A DNA stretch of 64,000 nt from a candidate division FCPU426 bacterium (lineage in GTDB: Bacteria > Oederibacteriota > Muellerivitia > Muellerivitales > Muellerivitaceae). How positions within the stretch are numbered: position 1 is the stretch's first letter; each line of letters starts with the position of its first letter. Shown one piece after another: positions 7,488-16,151 of this stretch. Below the pieces are notes generated by a model that saw nothing but the letters and a program-made list of their open reading frames with translations, did not search any database and was not told where the DNA came from. Where the stretch lies: positions 1 to 64,000 of the forward strand of contig CAWCKJ010000009.1 of assembly GCA_963796105.1 (NCBI GenBank), in the 5' to 3' direction. The position numbers were made by a program, and so were the translations under genes.

Positions 7488-10181
7488 ATGATTGATAAAA
7501 GACCCGATCCAGACGCCCTATTGGAACGCATGCAGGCCCAGGAAGCGGTCTCCCGCAAGGGAAAGCTCAAGATATTCTTCGGGGCCTCGCCCGGCGTGGG
7601 AAAAACCTATGCCATGCTGGAGGCCGCCCGCGCCAAAAAGGCTGAGGGATTGGACGTGGTGGTGGGGATCGTCGAGACCCACGGCCGAGGGGAAACCGCC
7701 GCCCTTATGGATGGGATGGAACTGCTCCCAGCGCGCGATGTGGAATACCGGGGAACCAGCTTCAAGGAATTCGACATTGACGGGGCGCTTAAGCGCCGCC
7801 CGGGGCTCCTGCTGGTGGACGAGCTGGCCCACACCAACGCGGAAGGGTCGCGGCATCCCAAACGCTGGCAGGACGTCCAGGAACTCCTGGATTCCGGCGT
7901 CAACGTCTATAGCACCCTGAACGTCCAGCACCTGGAAAGCCTCAACGATATCGTGGCCCAGATCACGGGCATCGTCGTTCGCGAGACGCTCCCCGACAAG
8001 GTCCTTTCCCTGGCCGACGAGGTGGAGGTGATCGACCTTCCCCCGGACGATCTCCTGAAACGCCTGGAGGAGGGGAAAGTTTACCGCCCCGAGCAGGCCC
8101 AAAAGGCGGGGCAAAATTTCTTCCGCAAGGGCAACCTGACCGCGCTGAGGGAGCTGGCCCTTCGCACCACCGCGGACCGGGTGAACGACCAGGTCCTGGT
8201 TTACCGCAGGGACAAATCCATCACCAAGACCTGGGCCACGGTCGAGAGGCTCCTGGTTTGCGTAAGTTCCAGCACCTCCTCCGCCAGCCTGGTGCGCTCA
8301 GCCCACCGAATGGCGAAAAGCCTCAAGGCGGACTGGATCGCCATTTACGTGGAGACACCGGCCCAGGAGCGCCTTCCGGCGAACGTGCGGGCCAGGGCCA
8401 TACAGCACCTGAAGCTGGCCGAGCAGTTGGGAGCCGAAACCGCGACCCTCAGCGGGACAAACTTTTCCGAGGAAGTCATCGATTACGCCAGGGAACGCAA
8501 CGTCACCAAGATCTTCATCGGCAAGCCCACCGGTTACTCCTGGAAAAGCCTCTTTGCCCCCTCCCCCGTGGACCAGCTCCTGCGAAAAAGCGGGGATATC
8601 GACGTCTATGCCACACGGGGCGAGGAAGAGGATCTGAAGCCCCTGGGACGCAGGACCCTCCCCAAAGCCCCGAAATGGTCCGGCTACGCTTGGGCCCTCC
8701 TGGCCGTGGCGGCTTCCACGGGAGTCTCCTTCCTTCTCTTCAACCACGTGGACCTGGCAAACCTGATCATGGTCTATCTCCTGGGCATCCTGGCGCTTTC
8801 CTCTCGCCAGGGAATCGGCCCCTCCACCCTGGCGTCGTTCTTAAGCGTCATCGCCTTCGACTACTTTTTCGTGACCCCTCGTTTTTCCTTCGCCGTATCT
8901 GACACCCAATACGTCTTCATGTTCCTCGTGATGCTCCTGGTGGGCCTTTCCATCAGCAGCCTGACGGTGAGGGTGCGCCAACAAGCCAGGCTCTCGCGCT
9001 TGAGGGAGAGGCGCACCGCCGCCCTCTACGCTCTTTCCCGGGAGCTGGCCTCCACAAGGGGCACGGCGGAACTACTGGATATCGCGGTCAAACATATTTC
9101 AGAGGTTTTCGACTCCTCCGTAGTGGCCTTCCTGCCGGATTCGGAGGGACGCTTGAAGATCCAATGCGGGGCGGTGGAGGATTTCAACCTGACCGCGAAG
9201 GAAATGGGGGTGGCCCACTGGGCCTTCGACCTGGGGCAGATGGCGGGCAGGGGAACCGACACCCTTCCCTCCACCGAGGCCCTTTACCTTCCCCTCCTGG
9301 CCACCGGCGCTCCCGTGGGCGCTCTGGGGGTTAAAACCAAGGACCCGGAAAGATTGTTCATTCCCGAACAATTGCACCTGCTGGAAGCCTTCGCCCACCA
9401 GACAGCACTCGCTGTGGCCGGGGACAAGCTGGAGGACAAGCAGAGACAGACCCAAATGCAAGTGGAGACGGAGAAACTCCGCAGTTCCCTCTTGAGTTCG
9501 GTTTCCCACGACCTTCGAACGCCCCTGGCCGCCATCGCAGGTTCCATCTCGAGTCTCCTGGAAAACGGGCAGGCCCTGGACGCCTCCATCCGGAAGGACC
9601 TTTTGGAGAACGTCTATGGCGAGACGGAGCGCCTGGAACGCCTCGTCACGAACCTGCTGGATATGACCCGCTTGGAATCCGGCACCGTGAAACCCAACCT
9701 GGAGAACCAGCACCCAGCCGAGGTGATCGGCACCGCCATCTCCCGCCTGGAAAAGAAACTCAAGGGAAGGGACCTCCACACCCGGATCGCCCCGGACTTG
9801 CCCCTCATCCCCATGGACGGGCTGTTAATCGAGCAGGTGGTGGTGAACCTTTTAGAGAACGCCCTGAAATACACCCCCGAAGGGTCCCCCATCACCATCT
9901 CGGCCGATTTGCGCGGCAAAGAGTTGATCGTCCAGGTGGCCGACAAGGGCCCGGGGCTCCAGGACGGAGACCCGGCCAGGCTGTTCGACAAGTTTTATCA
10001 GGGCCCGCAAAAGGAGAAAAAAGGCGGAGCGGGGCTGGGCCTTTCCATCTGCAAGGGTATCGTGGAGATCCACGGCGGCACAATTGAGGCACTCGACAAT
10101 CCCGGGGGCGGCGCCTTGTTCCGTTTTACCATTCCCCTCCGCGGCGAGGTCGTTAAAATCCAGGAGGAAACCCATGGCTGA
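7488..10181 (+). CDS. kdpD: Sensor histidine kinase KdpD
   Basis: KGKLKIFFGASPGVGKTYAML, LVDELAHTN, KRWQDV, Usp domain, 4 TM, GAF, SVSHDLRTPL H-box, GAGLGLSIC. Confidence 0.97.
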   Translation: MIDKRPDPDALLERMQAQEAVSRKGKLKIFFGASPGVGKTYAMLEAARAKKAEGLDVVVGIVETHGRGETAALMDGMELLPARDVEYRGTSFKEFDIDGALKRRPGLLLVDELAHTNAEGSRHPKRWQDVQELLDSGVNVYSTLNVQHLESLNDIVAQITGIVVRETLPDKVLSLADEVEVIDLPPDDLLKRLEEGKVYRPEQAQKAGQNFFRKGNLTALRELALRTTADRVNDQVLVYRRDKSITKTWATVERLLVCVSSSTSSASLVRSAHRMAKSLKADWIAIYVETPAQERLPANVRARAIQHLKLAEQLGAETATLSGTNFSEEVIDYARERNVTKIFIGKPTGYSWKSLFAPSPVDQLLRKSGDIDVYATRGEEEDLKPLGRRTLPKAPKWSGYAWALLAVAASTGVSFLLFNHVDLANLIMVYLLGILALSSRQGIGPSTLASFLSVIAFDYFFVTPRFSFAVSDTQYVFMFLVMLLVGLSISSLTVRVRQQARLSRLRERRTAALYALSRELASTRGTAELLDIAVKHISEVFDSSVVAFLPDSEGRLKIQCGAVEDFNLTAKEMGVAHWAFDLGQMAGRGTDTLPSTEALYLPLLATGAPVGALGVKTKDPERLFIPEQLHLLEAFAHQTALAVAGDKLEDKQRQTQMQVETEKLRSSLLSSVSHDLRTPLAAIAGSISSLLENGQALDASIRKDLLENVYGETERLERLVTNLLDMTRLESGTVKPNLENQHPAEVIGTAISRLEKKLKGRDLHTRIAPDLPLIPMDGLLIEQVVVNLLENALKYTPEGSPITISADLRGKELIVQVADKGPGLQDGDPARLFDKFYQGPQKEKKGGAGLGLSICKGIVEIHGGTIEALDNPGGGALFRFTIPLRGEVVKIQEETHG

Positions 10182-10875
10182 CCAAGGCGTGATCCTGCTT
10201 ATCGAGGACGAGCTTCCCATCCGGCGGTTCCTGCGCCCCACACTTCAAAGCCACTCCTTCAAGGTGGTGGAGGCCCAAACGGGCGGGGAGGGCCTGGCCC
10301 TGGCCTCGTCGCACAATCCGGATATCGTGCTTTTGGACCTGGGGCTTCCCGACATGGACGGCCTGGAGGTAGTGAAGCGCCTGAGGGAATGGACCACGGT
10401 GCCCATCGTCATCATCACGGCCAGGGGCAAGGAGAAGGACAAGATCGCGGGCCTCGACGCCGGCGCGGACGACTACCTGACCAAGCCCTTTGACGTGGGG
10501 GAGTTGATGGCGCGCATCCGCGTGGCCCTGCGGCATTCCACGCTCCTGAAAAGCGGGGGGAAACAGGCCCCCCTCTTTGAGACGCCCGATTTCAAGGTGG
10601 ACCTTTCCGCCAGGGTAGTGACCGTCCGGGGCAAGGAAGTCCACCTGACGCCCAACGAGTACGACCTGCTGGCCTTTCTTATCCGCCATTCGGGCAAGGT
10701 GGTGACCCAGAAACAGATTCTCCAGGAGGTTTGGGGTCCCGCCAGCGGGGACCAGGTGCAGTATTTGCGGATTTACGTCTATCAGCTTCGCCATAAAATC
10801 GAGGCGGACCCCGACCGGCCCCGATACCTTCTCACCGAGTCAGGGGTGGGCTACCGCCTGAAAACGGAAGGATAA
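10174..10875 (+). CDS. kdpE: Response regulator KdpE
   Basis: LLIEDE, LLDLGLPDMDG, GADDYLTKPF, winged helix YLRIYVYQLRHKIE..TESGVGYR; AGGAGG SD; overlaps the kdpD stop. Confidence 0.95.
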   Translation: MADQGVILLIEDELPIRRFLRPTLQSHSFKVVEAQTGGEGLALASSHNPDIVLLDLGLPDMDGLEVVKRLREWTTVPIVIITARGKEKDKIAGLDAGADDYLTKPFDVGELMARIRVALRHSTLLKSGGKQAPLFETPDFKVDLSARVVTVRGKEVHLTPNEYDLLAFLIRHSGKVVTQKQILQEVWGPASGDQVQYLRIYVYQLRHKIEADPDRPRYLLTESGVGYRLKTEG

Positions 10876-10915
10876 GAAGGGCGCCCAGTTGCGCGCAGTT
10901 CACACTATCAGCGAA

Positions 10916-11551
10916 TCATCGGTTTTGCTCAAGCCTGCTCACGTTTAAACTGTACAACCCGTCTTTATCAAATTTGCCGATGATCAGAATGGCGTCGTCG
11001 TATTCCACGCTTTGATTCGTTTCCTTATTGAAAATCTTCCCTTTTCCAATCAGGGACAATTTAACGAATTGGGACATTTCTGTTTTATTCGGCGTGGCAA
11101 AGGTTTCAGCCGAGTGAATTCCGCCCTTAAAAAGATCATCAAAACTTTTCCGGCTCATCCCCAGGCGGATACCCTGCACCAAATCCCCGTCCAAGGATTT
11201 CGCGAGCCTGAAAGTTTTCCCCTTTTTCATTTTGAAATGATCCGATTTATGAACCGTGAAACCCAGGAGGGTTTCTTGATCCCCTCCCTTTTCCCCCGAC
11301 CAGAAATCAACAACGACGGAGCCATCCTGGGTGACGAAATACCGGGAGTCCGGATTCTCCTCGCCCTCACCGGTCGAAGCGATAGGATCCGTTCCCAATG
11401 ATTTCTCAACCTCGGACAAAGTATTTTTCCCCAACTGGAACCCTAAAAATTTCGTATAGGCCAGGGGATCAAACGCAAAGGCCGGTTGGACGAATAACAG
11501 GCCGCACGCGGCAACAAAAAGACCGGCTAAAAACTGATTTCCAACTTTCAT
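10916..11551 (-). CDS. Exported hypothetical protein
   Basis: GGAGG SD, then signal peptide MKVGNQFLAGLFVAACGLLFVQPAFA. Confidence 0.7.
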   Translation of the reverse strand: MKVGNQFLAGLFVAACGLLFVQPAFAFDPLAYTKFLGFQLGKNTLSEVEKSLGTDPIASTGEGEENPDSRYFVTQDGSVVVDFWSGEKGGDQETLLGFTVHKSDHFKMKKGKTFRLAKSLDGDLVQGIRLGMSRKSFDDLFKGGIHSAETFATPNKTEMSQFVKLSLIGKGKIFNKETNQSVEYDDAILIIGKFDKDGLYSLNVSRLEQNR

Positions 11552-11663
11552 ACCCGCCTCCATTAAAACGACAGTTATTTTAAATCTACCTAAAACCAGT
11601 CGGTGACAGGTAACAGCGCTGAAGCTCAAATTAAAATTTGATCAGGTTGGGCATTTTGCTCAA

Positions 11664-12050
11664 TCACCAGATCACTTTCAGCCCAGGGAACGCACGGATG
11701 CGTTTGTCCTTGCTGAGAATTGGGCATCCATACTCTTTGGCTGTGGCTACAAGAATACGATCCACTGGATCTCCGTGAAATTCACCTTCCAACCGGGTGC
11801 TCTTCACGGCGATTGCGGGCGTCAAGGGTGTCAATTGGATTTTCGGAAGTTTTAACGCTTGATCCACCCATACCTCAACATCCCGATCAAGTTCCAAACG
11901 TCTTTTCGCCACCAACATACCTACTTCCCAACAGCTGATGGCATTAACGTAGATGCCGTCCGCGGCCCGAATGGCTTTTGAAGCCATGGGGGAGAGTTGT
12001 GGAGAGCCCGCCGCCCACCAAATCCAAGCGTGGGTGTCCAGGAGGATCAT
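11664..12050 (-). CDS. vapC: PIN-domain VapC-family toxin
   Basis: MILLDTHAWIWW, AISCWEV, HGDPVDRILVATA, LSKD. Confidence 0.92.
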   Translation of the reverse strand: MILLDTHAWIWWAAGSPQLSPMASKAIRAADGIYVNAISCWEVGMLVAKRRLELDRDVEVWVDQALKLPKIQLTPLTPAIAVKSTRLEGEFHGDPVDRILVATAKEYGCPILSKDKRIRAFPGLKVIW

Positions 12051-12274
12051 TGATCGGCTTCCCAAGTGTCATCAAGCGGGGAGACAATATCCTTTTCGCT
12101 CAAGACACTACCATGAAGGAATGTTCCTTTTTTACCATTCTCCTTCAAAACGGGAGCGATTTTAGCCACTGGGATTCCATGTTTGGTGACCACGATAGTC
12201 TCATGGGCGCTGCTCACTTCATCTAATAACGACAGGCATTTGGCCTTAAAAACACCGGCGGCGATGGTTTTCAT
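12047..12274 (-). CDS. Phd/YefM-family antitoxin
   Basis: MKTIAAGVFKAKCLSLLDEV..TIVVTKHGIPVAKIAP; ATGA overlap with the toxin start. Confidence 0.92.
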   Translation of the reverse strand: MKTIAAGVFKAKCLSLLDEVSSAHETIVVTKHGIPVAKIAPVLKENGKKGTFLHGSVLSEKDIVSPLDDTWEADQ

Positions 12275-12287
12275 AAGCTCTCCTTTG

Positions 12288-12306
12288 TGACCACTTATCA
12301 TGGTCA
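12288..12306. promoter_or_regulatory. Probable TA autorepression operator
   Basis: TGACCA-N7-TGGTCA inverted repeat just upstream of the antitoxin SD. Confidence 0.55.
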
Positions 12307-12402
12307 TATTCCCACGGGAGAAAGGAGAAGTCAAGCCAACCTAACTGGGGGAAATCTTTGAAAAACTTGGGTATTTAGGAATCTTTCTGACGGTCACACC
12401 TA

Positions 12403-12884
12403 TCCAAAATAGACTTTAGTGGATTCGACTCGTTTTACTCGCTCACCATTCCCAAGAGATGCATGGGATAAACCGATTCACCTCATGCCAACCCTCCATA
12501 AAACTAATAGGGGGCTGGTATCGTACCAATCTCCACATATGCTTAATGGAAGATTGGCACAGGGACTCAGAGACTCAGCTACTGCTTTTGCCACGGATGC
12601 ATGGGATACATGGGATTTAAAGAAACTTCAGATCGTGACAAGAGCGCGGCTCTTGCGCCGTTGGCGATATGGCCCTGTCCGCGGACCGTGGAAAAATTAA
12701 TTTTTCCATCGGCCGCCGGCATGTGCCATAGAACACGATCGATAATCAAGCCTTCATTTAAAACTTAAAATTAAAAATATAAAATTCATTCTGTAATGAA
12801 TGCCTTGCCATCCCCTGCATCCCAGCTAAAAATCTGATTTATTTATTTTATTTCTTGGTTTTTATTTAATTTGGACGGCAAATG
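12403..12884. repeat. Composite structured intergenic element 1 (head, module B, module C, tail)
   Basis: 80-bp head matches 13499-13578 at 77/80; tail 12819-12884 matches 13859-13925; contains B (12484-12561) and C (12631-12740). Confidence 0.85.
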
Positions 12885-12899
12885 TCTGACGGTCCTAAA

Positions 12900-13433
12900 T
12901 CAGCGCAGGGACTCGTAATAAGACTTGAAGAGCTGAAAGCCCTCTTCCCACTCGCCCAAATTGGATTGGAGGTTGATATGCCCCTTCTCCCCCACGTCCA
13001 CCAGCTTGGACCCCCACTGCTCCGCCAAATGGCCGGAAAACTCGTAAGTCGCGTAAGGATCATTGCGGCTGGCCACAATCACCGAGGGAAAGGGGAACTT
13101 GGACTGGATGAAAGGCTTGAACCCCGCCGCTTCCTTGGGAAAACTTTCCGACTGAATATCGGGGGGAGCCGCCAAAAAAGCCCCCTTGATCCCAGGGTCC
13201 CTGAAGGACTGCGTCCATTGGGAAACGAGAAGACAGCCCAGGCTGTGGGCCATGAGGACCTTGGGGCCGGGGTTGAGTTTCATGAACATTCCCAGGTCGT
13301 CGACCCAGTTCCCGGCTTTGGGCTTGTCCCAATCCTGGTGCTCCACCCAGACGCCGCCCAGGCGCTGGAACCAAAAGTTCTGCCAATGGCCGGGCCCCGA
13401 ATTATTAATCCCGGCTAAATAGATGATTTTCAA
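12900..13433 (-). CDS. RBBP9/YdeN-family alpha/beta hydrolase
   Basis: GINNSGPGHWQ, AHSLGC nucleophile elbow, ASRNDPY, GHIN. Confidence 0.92.
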   Translation of the reverse strand: MKIIYLAGINNSGPGHWQNFWFQRLGGVWVEHQDWDKPKAGNWVDDLGMFMKLNPGPKVLMAHSLGCLLVSQWTQSFRDPGIKGAFLAAPPDIQSESFPKEAAGFKPFIQSKFPFPSVIVASRNDPYATYEFSGHLAEQWGSKLVDVGEKGHINLQSNLGEWEEGFQLFKSYYESLR

Positions 13434-13498
13434 CTGGACCGCTCCCGAAAATATTTTGAAGCGTTATTAGCCCCTAATTTAATATAAAACTACATCTT

Positions 13499-13925
13499 TC
13501 CAAATTAGACTCTAGTGGATTCGACTCGTTTTACTCGCTCACCATTCCCAAGAGATGCATGGGATAAACCAATTCACCACAGGGACTCAGGGACTCAGCT
13601 ACAGCAACAACTTCTCACCACGGGTTCCCACGGGAACCGCAGTGCTAACGCAACACAGTGGAAGATTTAATGGACTATTGTTTAGATCGTGTTCTATGGC
13701 ACAGCCGACGGCCTCCGGGAAAATCTATTTTTCCGAGGCCTTTGGATGCGCCATAAAGCTCGCAGGGCGCAAGAGCAAGGCTCTTGTCACGATCAAAGCT
13801 TTAACTGAGTCTCTGTGCTGTGCGAAGCACAACTGTGGTGAATAGTATTTTTTCCTGAATCCCAGCTAAAAATCCGATTTTATTTATCTTTGTTTCTTTG
13901 TTTTTATTTAATTTGGACAGCAATG
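13499..13925. repeat. Composite structured intergenic element 2 (head, inverted module C, tail)
   Basis: Same head and tail as 12403-12884 in the same orientation; module C at 13685-13794 is reverse-complemented. Confidence 0.85.
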
Positions 13926-13948
13926 GCAACTAATAATTATTTTCCGGG

Positions 13949-15142
13949 TTATTTCTTCTTCATCGCGGCCAGGATTTTGAAGTTGCTGTCGATGGTTTCC
14001 CTGAAGAGCTTGCAGTTCCCCTCGATATCGGGGCTTTGCCGCACCAGGTCCCCCCCCACCAGGAAGATGACCTCCCCGCCGTAGAATTCCACCAGCTCCG
14101 GCACCCTTTTCAGGTTCATTCCCCCGCCGGGCATGGGGAAGATGGGCTTTAATTTCCCCATGGGCATGGCGGCCCCCATCGTGATCCTGCGGCATTCCTC
14201 CGTGCTGAAGCCGAACCTTCCCCCGCTGTGCGGGAAAATGCTGGCGTCGGCCCCGGCCATGCGCATGAGCTGTCCGAAAAGCGCAAAATGGGAGATGCCG
14301 TTGTCGGGGCTGGTGACGAAGCTTCCCAGGAAGGCCGGATGGGCGAGGATCGGCAGGTCCACCGAGTCGTCGTCGGCCAACTCCCTCATGGAATCCATGC
14401 CCGTCAAGCCTGGGCAGATTAAAAGGGCGCCGGCTCCCTTGTCCTTTGCGAACCTCGCCCTTCTCTCAAGCTCCCCCGCGGGGGCCGTGACATTGGGCGC
14501 GTAGAGCGCGGGTTTTCCTGCTTTCTTGGCCCCGACCCGGACCGCCTCGACGCAACGCTCGACCCGTTCGGAAAAAGCCGCGAAAGACTGGTTGGCCAGC
14601 CCGTGGTCGTCCTTCACGATGTCGATCCCACCGGCCGCGAAATGTCCCGCCATTTCGGCCAATTCGGTTGCTGATAGCCCCATAGGCTTGAGGGCCGAAG
14701 CCAGGAGCGGCCTCGCGGGCGCGCCCAATAATTTCCTCAGGCCTTCCCGGCCGAACCGGGGGCCCTTGAAGCGGTTCCAGAAATTCCGGCAGTCCTTGAT
14801 AAGATCAAGCCTGAAACCCTTCTTCAGGCTGATGTTGCCGTAAAGGACGTTCAGGACCTGGGTCAGCTCGAAACCCGTGTCGTCGTTCAGGAAGGTGATG
14901 AGGGCCCTGGAGGCTTCCCCTGGCGCGCTGGGGTCAGGCCCGAACTCGGCGATCTGGCCGATCACATGATCCTTGATGAATCCCTCCGGAACCAGGTCCG
15001 CGGGAAACTCCACGGTTTGCTCCAGGCAGAGGTCGTTGGCTTTGGTGAGGGCTTCCTGACGGTCGCCGGTGAGGCGGTACCAGGCCCCGAACCGGTCGCA
15101 GTTGGAGCAGAATTCATGGCTACAGGGTTTGGGGTCAGCCAT
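13949..15142 (-). CDS. RuBisCO-like protein (form IV, R. rubrum-type, KDDH motif)
   Basis: EQTVEFP, NVLYGNISL, GPRFG, SALKPMGL, IVKDDHGLANQ, AHPAF, FPHSGGRFGFS, PGGGM. Confidence 0.92.
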   Translation of the reverse strand: MADPKPCSHEFCSNCDRFGAWYRLTGDRQEALTKANDLCLEQTVEFPADLVPEGFIKDHVIGQIAEFGPDPSAPGEASRALITFLNDDTGFELTQVLNVLYGNISLKKGFRLDLIKDCRNFWNRFKGPRFGREGLRKLLGAPARPLLASALKPMGLSATELAEMAGHFAAGGIDIVKDDHGLANQSFAAFSERVERCVEAVRVGAKKAGKPALYAPNVTAPAGELERRARFAKDKGAGALLICPGLTGMDSMRELADDDSVDLPILAHPAFLGSFVTSPDNGISHFALFGQLMRMAGADASIFPHSGGRFGFSTEECRRITMGAAMPMGKLKPIFPMPGGGMNLKRVPELVEFYGGEVIFLVGGDLVRQSPDIEGNCKLFRETIDSNFKILAAMKKK

Positions 15143-16149
15143 TAAAGAGCCTCCGCCTTGGAATCGCTGTGGACTGGGGTCAGATGCACCGACCCCAGGT
15201 CTTCCTGCGTTATTCCGAAGGACTTGCCGGCCATCTTTTCAATTTCCCGGACTAAAAACAAGCCGTCCATCTTATTTTCCTTCGCCAGGGTGGGGCGGCT
15301 GGCGCCGTGCAGGAAGCGGTCCTGGATGCCCATTCGGACCAGTTTGCACTTGATGCCTTTTTCAGCGATGACCTCGGCCACCGCCGTCCCTAATCCCCCG
15401 ATAATCGTGTGATTTTCCAGGGTGATGGCGCCCAGTTTTACCTTGGACAGGGCTTCCGGAATCTGGGGGTCCGTAAAGGGTTTTAGGGTGGAAATGTGGA
15501 GGTGCTCGATGGAAAACCCCTTGGACTTCAATACTTCCACGGCCTTGCGGGCCTCCTCGGTGCAGATGCCGGATGTGAAGAGCGCCAGGTCTTTGCCTGA
15601 GCTCAAGCGCCTCGCCTTGTTCAGGACCATGGGTTCGGAAGCGTCGAATAGACGGGGCAATTCCCCCCTTAGGGTCCTCACGTAAACGGGACCAGGCACG
15701 CGGTAGGCCGCCTCCAGGACCGTCTCGGCCTCGGTAGCGTCTCCCACTTCCAGCACCGTCATGTTGGGAAGGGACCTCATGATGGAAATGTCCTCAATAG
15801 CCTGGTGGGTGGCCCCGCCGGGGGTGAGAATGCCTGGCAGGAACCCGAACATCTTGACCGGAAGGTTGGGATAGGCGATCGACATGGCGATCTGGTCATA
15901 GGCCCGGCGGTAGATGAAAACCGCGAAGGTGTGCACGAGGGGCACGTAGCCTTCCCTGGCCATCCCGCCCGCGAAGCTCATCATGTTCTGCTCGGCGATG
16001 CCGAGTGAGAAGAACCTCTGGGGATAGGCGTTCTTGAAGAGATCCGCCTCGCAGGAGGAAGTCAGGTCCGCCGAAAAAACCAACACTTCCGGCTTGTCGG
16101 AGGCCCATTCCACCAGTTTCTTGGCGTGCACCCGGGAAAGGATTTCCAT
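15142..16149 (-). CDS. Transketolase-like protein, C-terminal (pyrimidine-binding) subunit
   Basis: SADLTSS, LGIAEQNMMSFAGGMA, RRAYDQI, GATHQAIED, ENHTIIGGLG; likely start MEILSR at 16149. Confidence 0.92.
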   Translation of the reverse strand: MEILSRVHAKKLVEWASDKPEVLVFSADLTSSCEADLFKNAYPQRFFSLGIAEQNMMSFAGGMAREGYVPLVHTFAVFIYRRAYDQIAMSIAYPNLPVKMFGFLPGILTPGGATHQAIEDISIMRSLPNMTVLEVGDATEAETVLEAAYRVPGPVYVRTLRGELPRLFDASEPMVLNKARRLSSGKDLALFTSGICTEEARKAVEVLKSKGFSIEHLHISTLKPFTDPQIPEALSKVKLGAITLENHTIIGGLGTAVAEVIAEKGIKCKLVRMGIQDRFLHGASRPTLAKENKMDGLFLVREIEKMAGKSFGITQEDLGSVHLTPVHSDSKAEAL

Positions 16150-16151
16150 GG

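Noticed and set aside
12403..13925. CRISPR array or integron attC interpretation of the repeats
   Set aside because: No regular repeat-spacer period, no cas genes, no RYYYAAC/GTTRRRY attC ends and no integrase seen.
13949..15142. True RuBisCO / CO2 fixation
   Set aside because: KDDH rather than KDDE, form IV motifs, no small subunit or PRK nearby.
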